This document shows, one piece after another, positions 52,178 to 62,700 of a stretch of 64,000 bases of DNA. Both the position numbers and the translations under genes were made by a program. The notes beneath the pieces were generated by a model that worked only from the letters and a program-made list of their open reading frames with translations, did not search any database and was not told the origin of the DNA. The stretch's first letter is position 1; the number at the start of each line of letters is the position of its first letter. Origin of the DNA: a virus; IMG/VR virus record IMGVR_UViG_3300025015_000001; one strand, 5' to 3'.

Positions 52178-53248
52178 TCAGAAATAGCGCGGGGCAATTT
52201 TCTCATTCCAATATTTGGATTTGATAATATTTTCCCTATATTTTGCCGTATTATAGGCATACAGGTCTTTCACAAGCAACCCACCATATTCTGCATCCAT
52301 ACCAAGGCTATACTCTAGTATTCTGTCCATTGCCTTTTGTACACCCATCTTATCTGCCTTTTCGACAAATCTTGATATCAGCATGCTGCACAACGCGAAC
52401 AATACAGATGGTTCTTTAGGAACTTTGTTATCACCAGCGTATATTTTATCTATATCAGGAAGTTCTCTAAACCATTTCTTATACGCAATTATTTCACTAG
52501 CAATACCAGTTCCAGCATAGCCAGCTATCTCATGCATAACAAGCTCGTCTGACATCCCATTAGCATTTGCGTCCACCAACGCCTCAGATATCATTTCCCA
52601 TGTTCTTGCTGTAACAAAATCCTTATAGGCATGACTCTTGTTTCTCTTATCGAATGTATTAAATTTTGATTCTTTAAATTCATTTAGGTAGCTCATAACA
52701 AGAGGATGAAACTCTCTTGCTAATGCAAAGTCTTCTTTCCAATCTTGGAATGGGAGCATGACATTAAGCATCATTACTCTATCCTTCATAGCTTCAGAGT
52801 CTGACGTAGCCCCACTTCCATCTGTAAGCAAGTTACCTGTAGCTATCGGGATAACATTATCAGGAAGCCTGTGCTCTCCAACCCTCCTATCATCTGGGTG
52901 AAAAACCGGCTGTAGTGCTACCTTAGTGGAAGGCATAGCACTACCTAGCTCATCAATAAGAATTATCATACCATCTTTTCCTTCTAAGTCTGCTGATGTA
53001 GGGAGGAGAGGAGATACAGAAAAGAATGAGCGCTGCGTCTTTGTGTCATACCCCATTACCCCACGGACATCTGTGGGGTCTAATGACGACCCCTCAAATA
53101 TTTTTATCCCATAATTCATTTCTTTAGCTACCTGTTTTACTATTGCAGACTTTCCTATACCTGGGCTACCCTTCAAGTATACAGACCTCTTCCTACGAAT
53201 ACATGCCTTCACTATCTCTCTTGCTTGTCTTAGTGTAATTGATTCCAT
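52178..53248 (-). CDS. MoxR-like AAA+ ATPase
   Basis: GSPGIGKS, LDPTDVRG, LIDEL and ATGN. Confidence 0.9.
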   Translation of the reverse strand: MESITLRQAREIVKACIRRKRSVYLKGSPGIGKSAIVKQVAKEMNYGIKIFEGSSLDPTDVRGVMGYDTKTQRSFFSVSPLLPTSADLEGKDGMIILIDELGSAMPSTKVALQPVFHPDDRRVGEHRLPDNVIPIATGNLLTDGSGATSDSEAMKDRVMMLNVMLPFQDWKEDFALAREFHPLVMSYLNEFKESKFNTFDKRNKSHAYKDFVTARTWEMISEALVDANANGMSDELVMHEIAGYAGTGIASEIIAYKKWFRELPDIDKIYAGDNKVPKEPSVLFALCSMLISRFVEKADKMGVQKAMDRILEYSLGMDAEYGGLLVKDLYAYNTAKYRENIIKSKYWNEKIAPRYF

Positions 53249-53332
53249 TTTCCTTCCTCCTTTTACGTAGTAAATTCTCTAGGCTGTGCCTAGAGCTTTT
53301 TTTCTTAATTGTTATTTTTAGAATTTCTAAAA

Positions 53333-55284
53333 TTATTCACTTTTGTTTATCTCTTTCTGGCACTCCTCATATTCTTTTTCAATTTCATCCCATCGTTCTT
53401 TATCCCCCTTATAAAATACTTTTTTGCATTCATCCCATCCTATCTCAATATGTTTAGTATCAATCCTATTCCAACAAAATCTAGTAATTGGAAGACATAT
53501 CATACAATGAAATATTTGATTAATCGTATCTCCATAATATTCTGCCACATCATATACTTCATTGTCTCTTGTAATCTTAATCTTGTTTAAGAAAGGAATT
53601 TTAATATGCGGCGTCTTATCACATATCCACCTTATACTATTTGCTAGTATGAATATATAAGCTGGTGCTTCATCTAATGATATAGAAGCTGTTTTATAAT
53701 AACTATTAGTTGCATAGCGCCATTTTTTCATAGTACCCCCTTTTACCCACGTAGTAAAACCATTTTTAAATTCTTAATAACAGCAAGATGAAAGTTTGTC
53801 TTTTCGTATTTTTTTTCTTTAATTATACTTTTTAGTTTACTAACTACAAATTGAGGTTCTCCTTTAGATATTATTTTGATAATCTCTTCATACTGTTGCT
53901 TATAATTATAATACAGCACAGACCAATTATTTTTTAAATGTTTTGAATTCATAGTAAAACATTTACTATTTTTACGTTGGATGTTTGGGTTATCTGGCAA
54001 GGATGATATGCAATCATTTAACTGCATAACTATAAAATTAAGTTGCTTTTGTATATCATATATAGATTCTTGCACTTTTGCTAGTTTCATATTTACTCCT
54101 TTATCCTAAATTGCTAATTTTAATTGGTACTTTATGTTCCAATAGTTAAATATACTCTTTTTAATACTATCGTCTATCGCGTCATCCTCATATAACTCTA
54201 CTAAATTATTAGCATCAAAACAATCAAAGTTTTTATTATCCCATTCACATTCTAAATTATATCTTCTGAAACTGCATTGATGATTCCATTCCTGTGTGGC
54301 ATTAAACTTATCTAAACTGTCACAGAATATTTTTAGTTTCTCTAAAAGATCTATGCTGTTATTGTTTTCTGTCTCGTCTAATAATTCATCTGCTAAGTCT
54401 AGGTTTCCATCGGCTTCGTGTGTTTCTAATCTGTCAATAAAAGATTCTATGTTATCTTTTAACTCGCTTATCTCTACCCCATCAAATGTGCTCAGTATTA
54501 ACCAGCCGCCACTTCTTCCTGCTTGCGCTAAGTCATAATCTATAGCTTCTATCTCCGGTATACCAGCATTCCAATCATACTGTCTATATTTAGCATCACC
54601 AACAAACCCAAGACCGTCTTCACAGCATTCGTCGAAAAAACATTCATACCCTTTTAAATATCTCTCCCACAGCTTATCATACTTACTATTTATTTTCTCG
54701 CTTCCAGAATGGCCTGTCTCATCATTATTATGCACTTTAATATTCCAGGCTAAGCCTTGAGTTCTATCATGGTCATAGCTTCTATAATCTCTACTTTCAA
54801 ACCACTTTTTTAGTGAAATAAATTTAGATAGGATTTTGGTCTTTCTTAAATCATATTCCAGTGTTAGCATTTGATTACCCCCTAAAATTTTTTATTACCC
54901 ATGAAGAGCTTTAATAAAATCTTCTACAGCATTTACTCTATTATCTATTACAGGATTTGGCATATTTGTATTCAATTGACTATTATCTAGGCCTGTCTGT
55001 TTAATGGGTGTGTATGTAAAATAGTCATAGTCCCTACCTTCTCTTTTTAGATAGAGTTGTCCGCATCCACATTCTATTATAGTAGCTTCCATACTGTCCA
55101 TTTTATTTAAAAAATCTTTATCATACTGCATGCCTCTGTACGGAGACATCACTATCTTTTGTCTTGAAATATCTAAACCACAAGAACATATCGGAGTTCC
55201 ATTACTACCTATCTTTATAGTTTTCATATTCCTACAACGTTCATATATTTTACCATCTACTGAAAATGTGGTGATTGTTCTCAT
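53333..55284 (-). CDS. Hypothetical ORFs (53333, 53743, 54106, 54895)
   Basis: ORF track; RBSs present. Confidence 0.55.
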
Positions 55285-55343
55285 TATTTTCTCCCTTTAC
55301 GTAGTAAATTCTCTAGGCTGTGCCTAGCTTTGCTTCTCCTGAG

Positions 55344-57299
55344 TTCCAACATTTGCGTCAACGCGGACGCTTCGCCTTCGGCTCCGCGCCGGTTACGCCA
55401 GCGTTAGAGCGCATCATGAAACTGTCTGGGTACTTTCCATTTTCAAAGGTCGCGCGCCCTTTGTCGTGGCTCGATTCTTTCCGCTTCTGGCTGCTGCAAG
55501 CCCGCCAGAACATGAGCTTACCGACTCAGCTTGCAACTTCCGGTATAGCGCGGCCAACCTACTTTCGTCAAACAGCTTCATGATGCCCTCTAACCTGTCG
55601 TTCAACCCGGACTCCGCAAAAGCGCGGAGCCGGTTAACTTTACGTTATGCATCATCTAGCTTGTTCGCCCAATCCAGAAGTTCCTTCTTGCTCTTAAAGA
55701 CATTGTGCCGTTTCATGATGATTGAAATCTTGGCAAACGTGAAAAGCAAAAACAACAACCCGGTAACGAATGTCCAAAATGTGCTGCCTTGGCTTATGTA
55801 GATGCAAAACGCCAGCAAAGAGAACGTCACAAAATCTTTGTAAAAAGACTCCAGAACGCTTTCTCTTTTGTCGATCACTACAATCTTTTCTTCGCTCATT
55901 CAAACCTCCAAAGATGCATAACAAGTCATTCCAGCCGATCCTCGCTACGCTCGGACGGCTGAATTCCGGCGTTATCCCAAATCGTCGTAACAGTTTTTAC
56001 AGTGCATGTCTGGTTCAAGTCCCATGTTGTACCAAACTACACCATACGGGTGTCCTCTTGCTCTGCACCAAAACGCAGTCCATCGGCTTATTCCGTCGGC
56101 TGGTTTTCCGAGAAGAAATTTCCACCAATCCAAAGTGAGCCAGTGCATTTTCTAACCTCCCGTTCGACCCCATACGGGGTCAACTAATTGTTGTGCGTCA
56201 CTCGTCGCTGAACGGTGATCCGCCGCCAAATACGATTGCGACAGAGCATCCGTCCGGCTCTACTCGCAGGATGTTGTCCCACCCGCAGTGTTCGTCTCTG
56301 CAAACAACAACCGCATCATCGTCATATCCATCTAGTGCTCTAAGTAATTCTCCCTTTGTCATGCTCATCTCCTTTCTTCGTTGGTGCCGGCGATCCGGTG
56401 ACTTTTACGTTATGCCTACAACTCAAGTAGGCGCTCTGGTATGCCAACAACATAATCAAATCCAAGTTCAACACAAAAATGAGAATCGTCCCCAGATAAA
56501 TGACTATAATCATCAGTAATCACGCCGACCATCTCATCAATATCGTGATCTATGTAATCATCCCAATGATCTCGACTTTTAAGCCACCTTGTTGCCCCGT
56601 GCTTAACTTTAACTTTGTCTCCGATAGTCATAAGTCTCTCCTTTGCATAACAAGTCAGTCCAGCGGGCGAAAAGACCCGCCGCTGACTTCATCGTTAGCA
56701 CCCAAGATTTTTCATCCGCTCGTACAGCTTCGGGGCTTTGCCGGTCGGGAATTCTTCGCGGAACATCGATTCGAGTTCGTCCCAATGCTCAACCAACTTC
56801 GCCCACGTCTTGCTGAGTTTTGCTACCTCGCCAAGGTGCTGCCGCGCCTCTGGTACGGCGTCCAAAAACTTGATGCACCGTTTCAGGTCGTCGGGGTCGC
56901 TCGGGTGGTTTCCGAACCGCGCCCACGATTCGTTTGGCTTCACGCCACCGACAGCACAGGCCATCGCCTCGGAACTGATTCCGCGCTCGCCATGTGCAAA
57001 CCAGTCAAGAATTTTGTCTTTCATTTTTCCTCCGTAATTGTGTGCTAACCCTGCGCTCCAGCGCGACGGCGGAAAAGCACCGCCGCGCCTGAGCTATGCG
57101 TTGGGCGTCAATATCTCCACGCCGATTAAATCGGTTCGGTCGAACCCAGACTCACCGAATCCACCTGCTGATAATTTCTCCTCAATGACTGGAATATCCA
57201 TGTCAACGGTTTCAAAACTTTCGCTCCTAGAGCCGCTAATATTGTCCTGCCATGTACGCTTAAAAATTAGTCTGACCATATCATCTCCCTATGTCTAAC
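55344..57299 (-). mobile_element. Integron cassette array 2 (six attC sites plus one degenerate, no integrase)
   Basis: attC at 55344-55409, 55588-55650, 55916-55977, 56150-56196, 56645-56700 and 57043-57106; half-site at 56409-56415; entry core GTTAGAC at 57293-57299. Cassette ORFs: 57094-57279, 56695-57024, 56416-56631, 56198-56362, 55972-56148, 55645-55899. Confidence 0.85.
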
Positions 57300-57357
57300 C
57301 ACTCGTAGTTCTCTAGGCTATGCCTAGAGCTTTATTTTTATTTTAGAATTTCTAAAA

Positions 57358-58185
57358 CTATTTTTTACTATTCGTGTGTAACTCAAAGTCTAAGAGCTTT
57401 CCTTTTATCTCATTTGTCAATTCTACTTTTTCTTTTATATAATTGAATTGAGTATAATCTTTTATACGGGCACCATATTCTAAGAGGAGTTTAACTGTAG
57501 CTGGAGAGTGTGCCCATATTGCGTTACATAGGGTCAAGTTTGTGATTTTCGCTCCGTTGTCTAATAATAACTTTGTTGTACCAACATAGCCTCCTACTGC
57601 CCTATTCAGAGCATCCCCATTTTTAGCATTGACATTTACTCCGGCTTTTATACAAGCTGCCACTTCTTCCACATTATCATCTCTTACTGCAAACAAGAAT
57701 TTATCTATCAGCGCATACTTAGCTATCTTAGCTTTTATTTTATCATTAAATACAAATGATTTAAACATCTTATCTATTTTAGAATTTCTAAATTCGAATC
57801 TTACTTTGCACTCATTCCAATAATTTTCATAACCACTAAGAATACCAATATAATGAGATATATAAGACTTAGCAGTTTGAATCTTATTAAATGTTTCTGT
57901 ACTATTTTCTTTTATGTACTCTGGTATATTGTTGCTGTCACAATTAGGACAATCCCATGTTATTTTATTTCTTAGTGCAGAGCTCACCCTACTCATATGC
58001 TTCGCAGTAGATACACTATAACTATTTGAATTAATTAAGTATTCATTATGGGATAATCTTTTTGCGATAGGGAAGTGCTTACCATAAGAATATATAGTAT
58101 CATCCTCAATAAACATATTAGATGCTTGCCCTTTAGTCGCACCACTTGCAAATTGTTCTGCTAATGAACTATGGTTGTTTCCCAT
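57358..58185 (-). CDS. Ankyrin-repeat protein with phage N-terminal domain
   Basis: AVRDDNVEEVAACIKAGVNVNA and TKLLLDNGAKI repeats. Confidence 0.8.
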   Translation of the reverse strand: MGNNHSSLAEQFASGATKGQASNMFIEDDTIYSYGKHFPIAKRLSHNEYLINSNSYSVSTAKHMSRVSSALRNKITWDCPNCDSNNIPEYIKENSTETFNKIQTAKSYISHYIGILSGYENYWNECKVRFEFRNSKIDKMFKSFVFNDKIKAKIAKYALIDKFLFAVRDDNVEEVAACIKAGVNVNAKNGDALNRAVGGYVGTTKLLLDNGAKITNLTLCNAIWAHSPATVKLLLEYGARIKDYTQFNYIKEKVELTNEIKGKLLDFELHTNSKK

Positions 58186-58186
58186 G

Positions 58187-58600
58187 TTATTCTCCTCTAT
58201 CGTCCGGAACTTCTATCATACTTTTAATCTTAGATAAAGCAAGTGCAGTCTCTAAGTCAACTGGTTCGGATAATTCAAAATCGATAGCCTGCTCTAATGT
58301 GTCAAAATATTCTTTATCTGGGTGTGCCACATTGTCAACTATGAATTTTTCACATTCTGTTGCAGCAAGCTTCTTATGATCGCATGGCATGAATAAGTAA
58401 AAGTATGCGTTATCAACAGTTACCATGACTTCTTTTGATAAGGACGTACGATAATTATCACATATTTGTTTAGGACATTTTTTACAATATTCCCAATCGA
58501 TAGCCTGCTCTAATGTGTCAAAATATTCTTTATCTAGGTGTGCCACATTGTCAACATGTATTTCACCATTGGCATTTTTCTTAAATGACATTCCATTCAT
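58187..58600 (-). CDS. Chimeric LSLE-tag family protein with an internal duplication
   Basis: VDNVAH.DKEYFDTLEQAID occurs twice, and the N-terminus is shared with 61010. Confidence 0.65.
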   Translation of the reverse strand: MNGMSFKKNANGEIHVDNVAHLDKEYFDTLEQAIDWEYCKKCPKQICDNYRTSLSKEVMVTVDNAYFYLFMPCDHKKLAATECEKFIVDNVAHPDKEYFDTLEQAIDFELSEPVDLETALALSKIKSMIEVPDDRGE

Positions 58601-58629
58601 GTTAGTCTCCTCCATTTTAATAGTAAATT

Positions 58630-59246
58630 TTAAATACCAAGTTTTGTAATTGTTTCTATATGTATACCGTTTTTCCATCTATCTTCTAAGTCCGCCCAAT
58701 TAATATTTTTAGTATATAACATATCATGTATGTCTTTTATTTTCTTATTATGTAATTCATTATGAGAAAAATATTTACGGGCCAGCATCTGTATAGAATT
58801 TCTAATCCAATCTTTCTGTCGCCATATAAAATAATTACATACTTCTTCTTTAGGAATATTAAATACCCTACAATCAAATATACCCTCTTTTTATACGCAT
58901 CAGAAAAAGCTAACGAAGCAACAGAGGCTGCAACTGACGTCATTTTTTGAACATTATAGTCAAACCATGCTTCTGTTTCCAACGTTTCGTAGTCAGTTAT
59001 TAATATAGATATTTCATCGGACTGTGTATAAGCGCACTCAGCACCCTGTATTTCTTTAAGTAATTTATGGCCGGCGTATATCATAGCGCTAGAAAATTCT
59101 ATATCAAATGGTTTATTACAATTACGCGTGAGAGTATGAAATGCTTTACCATCTAGTCTCATTATAACTGGAGTTCGTCTGAGGAGATAGCTTCTGTTTC
59201 TATTCTCATAGTTATGCTTAATTCTATCGCCTAGACTATCTTTCAT
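58630..59246 (-). CDS. thg1: tRNA-His guanylyltransferase (Thg1-like), -1 frameshift at 58888-58892
   Basis: RLDGKAFH and QSDEIS, then FDCRVFNIP...YFIWRQKD.IRNS in the next frame. Adding one A to the A5 run restores a 205-aa protein. Confidence 0.85.
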
Positions 59247-59291
59247 ATAATTCTCCTAACTATATTTTAGAATTTCTAAATTATAAATTTA

Positions 59292-59333
59292 TTTCATTTT
59301 TTGAAAATTTTTTAAAAAATTATGTGTTATAAT
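59292..59333 (+). promoter_or_regulatory. Extended -10 promoter
   Basis: TGTG-T-TATAAT. Shares 35 identical bp with the tnpB promoter. Confidence 0.7.
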
Positions 59334-59366
59334 AGTAGATAAATAAATTTAAGTAAAGAGGTTACT

Positions 59367-59732
59367 ATGAAAAATATTAAGCAGGCATATCTCAAAGACA
59401 AGACACTAGCGACTAAGACTGGCCACAAAGTATCTAATGAACTTGATGACTTTTTTATGTGGTGCGCAGCTAATAAGATTAAGATTGAAGCTGTTACTGA
59501 AGATGAAAAAATAAATATGCTACTAGATAAAACCTCCGTAATTGGTAAACTAAATCTTCAGCTTACAAGAGCCATAGAGAATTACCCTATACATAATAAT
59601 GTGATAATAGAAACTATTAATAATATTATAGAATCTGCTAATGAATTAAAAAATATATATATAAAAGTAAAGGTGGGGTTCCCTACTTATGAGGAAGAAT
59701 TAGCACATGAGAAGGCCATTTTTTCGTTATAA
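59367..59732 (+). CDS. Hypothetical protein, antisense to the surrounding operons
   Basis: 121 aa with GAGG RBS and its own promoter. Confidence 0.7.
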   Translation: MKNIKQAYLKDKTLATKTGHKVSNELDDFFMWCAANKIKIEAVTEDEKINMLLDKTSVIGKLNLQLTRAIENYPIHNNVIIETINNIIESANELKNIYIKVKVGFPTYEEELAHEKAIFSL

Positions 59733-59762
59733 ATGTAGAGGACTGGAGTAGGCATTACCATT

Positions 59763-62700
59763 CTACAAAGCAGCAAGAGCTGATGTTTTACGTAAAAGTT
59801 CATCGTATATCTCTTCCGCTGTCATTGCATCCAATCTGACAAGATTGCCTAGATCGTAATCTGTATCTCCGATAGTTGCTGTAAGAAGTTTAGTAACTAC
59901 CCCAAACATTTTTGGCCAGACTTTGTGCCTGTATTCCACTACTTTGACATCATCATATATAGCATGGTCTTTATTTTTTAAAATTTCTACTTGCTCAGCA
60001 ACTGATAGTTCGTTTAGAAAGTCAAGTGTTTTTGGGCGAAATTCACGCCTATAACATTTAGGGTCATCTAATATTTTTTCTACCTCCCTCCGCCTAGCAT
60101 GCATCAGTCGTGCAGGAATACCTTCCTTTATTATGTCTTCCATCTTACATCCTCCTTTTATATTTTCTAAAAATACTTATTAGCTCTTTTTTATTATAGA
60201 GAGAATTACTCTAGCCTCCGCTAAACATTCGTCTGCTGGCATGTTATTCTTTCCTACAAATGTTGAAGTTAAATAACTGTTTATTGCCTTCTCTGCATCG
60301 TTGTCGCCGGCCATCTCCTGCCACCTACTTACCTTCTCCACTAACTTGATATCGGTTGGTTCGTCTTCCTCAGTAGGTATGGCGAACACCCCCCTCAAAG
60401 ACAGTCCTTAGATTACTATTTAACTCATTAATAATTTTAATCTTGTATTCTTCTGTCAGTGTCTCTGCTTTTATGTTCTTCATAAGCACCGTGCAATTTC
60501 CGGCACAGATTGATAGACTCTTCAATACTCCGTCTAAAGCATTATACAATTCATCATTAGTCATTTTGTTTCTCCTTTTAATTTTAGATTTTCTAAAAGC
60601 ACTTCTCCCAACAATCTTCATCATCATCCCAATGCCTTGTATCTGATATTGTGAATGATATAAATAATCCCATTAGTCGTAAGTTAAAATAGAATCCTGC
60701 GTGGTCTTGCTCTTTAGTCCACTCAATATCTACTGTAAATAAATCTCCCAATATAGTATGTATAATAGATATGTAATGACCACATCTATATATGTTCAGG
60801 CTTAGCTCCATAACGCAATACATAAACGTAGGCTCAAATAATGTTATCTGAACACCTAGTCGTTTAAACTTTGTTAAATATTTATTAATACACAATAAAT
60901 CTTTTTGCCAAGCAAAGCTGAGTATTTGATTACTTTGAAAATTTGCATCTTTCCATTTTAACATATTAGCCTCCTCTTACAAAGTTAAGTAACTAACACA
61001 ACCTAAAAATTATTCTTTTACATACTTCTTCGTAAGTTCATCAAATATTTTGGTAGCTTCTGCCATAGCTTCATCAGTAGTTTCAGAATATGCCTTTACT
61101 GTGAAGCGTACCTCATTCTTCGCTCCCAATGTTATCTCGACACTATTGGGATTAAGTGCCTTTGTAGCGTCCACATTGTCAACATGTATCTCCCCATTCG
61201 CATTTCTTTTAAATGACATTCCTTCCATTTTAGTATCCTCCATTTTAATAGTAAATTTTAAATACCAAGTTTTGTAATTGTTTCTATATGCTGCCTAGCT
61301 AAGCTTCTTAATGCTTCGCGCCGTTCTGCTACAGAAAGTATTTGTTTTATATCTGTAGATAACTCCGCCGCTATATGATTTACTATTCTATCTGCGAGCT
61401 CGTTCTCAAGACGAGTAGCCATAGCTTGCTGTAACTTTTTAGTATCAACAAGCTTCCATACGCCTGCCATAAAGTCAGCTGGAATTTTTACTCTACTGCT
61501 GTAGTCAGGTATTACCCACCCGCCATCCGATATAAATCTAAGCACAGCTTTTTCTGCTAAGTTCTTAACTTCTCTTTCAAAGTCACTCATGTTAGTTTCC
61601 TCCTCTATGTAGTTCTCTAGGCGGAGCCTAGAGCTTTTTCAAATTTATTTTTAAGTCTATTATATTCTATTAATTCTCTCGTATCTATATCCTTTTGTTT
61701 TTTCTTCTCCTCCTGTAGTAGTATACTCTTATGGTGCTCCGCTGCTATTACTCCTAATTTATATAATTCATCTATATCATATTTGTTATTTTCATCTAAT
61801 TTTATTAATTCTAATTCTGGTTCGTCATCGTGTATTGCTGCGATTATTATACAGTAAGAATCATCGGAGAATACTATACCTAAGTTCCCATTAAATTCAT
61901 TGAGCCTAATCTTACTGATTGTTTTTCCTACTAATTCATTCTCATTTATTATACATTTCATAATTATTCGCCTCCTAATTTTCTTTTTAATTTCTCGTAC
62001 CTAAGCATAGTCTCAAATGTAGGTATTTGACTACTCTTGAATAATACGTACCACTTCATGGTGCTACTATGTGAGCCAGCGCTGTCCCAATCAAGTAAAC
62101 ATTCTACATAATATCTACTGTCCTCTTCCGATACTCTAGTTATCACATATAAAGAGCTAGCATAACTGGAAGATATCAAATCACCTACTTTAAATTTATT
62201 CATGATGCAAACCAGTTATGGCATGTTTCACAGTAGAGTAACCCACTATGTACTTCATCTAAACCACTCTCACACACAGGACATATTTCATCGTCATTCA
62301 CAGTTAGCTCCTATCATAACAAATCAAATCAAATAGTAATCAGCTACTATCCGGTCTGCGCATCTAAAATACTATTAATAGATTCCTCTTTAATAGCTAT
62401 TCCCTCCACCAAAAGTTCAATTTCTCTTTTTAATTTTTCTATTAGAATCGGAGGCTTCTCGGAAATATAATACCATTGCTCACCTTCCCCAGTTATAATC
62501 ATATGATTACCAAATGTTTCAACCTTATAATTATAAACTTTACCATTCTGATTGGTGAGAGTCAGTTCTCCTTTGCTAGAGTAAGACATAAGTTCTTCTC
62601 CTATTTTAGAATTTCTAAAATTATATTTCTATATACTCATCGTAGCATTCTGTAGAATTAGGACTTAATTTTAGTTTACACTGATACATGATAAACCCAT

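Larger units (their letters stand above)
53277..61640. repeat. Dispersed hairpin CTCTAGGC-NNN-GCCTAGAG-C-T(n), four copies
   Basis: Starts at 53277, 55311 (right arm truncated), 57311 and 61615. Confidence 0.85.

Noticed and set aside
55320-57298. Plus-strand ORFs across cassette array 2
   Set aside because: These are open frames caused by high GC. The minus-strand genes have RBSs and end at attC sites.
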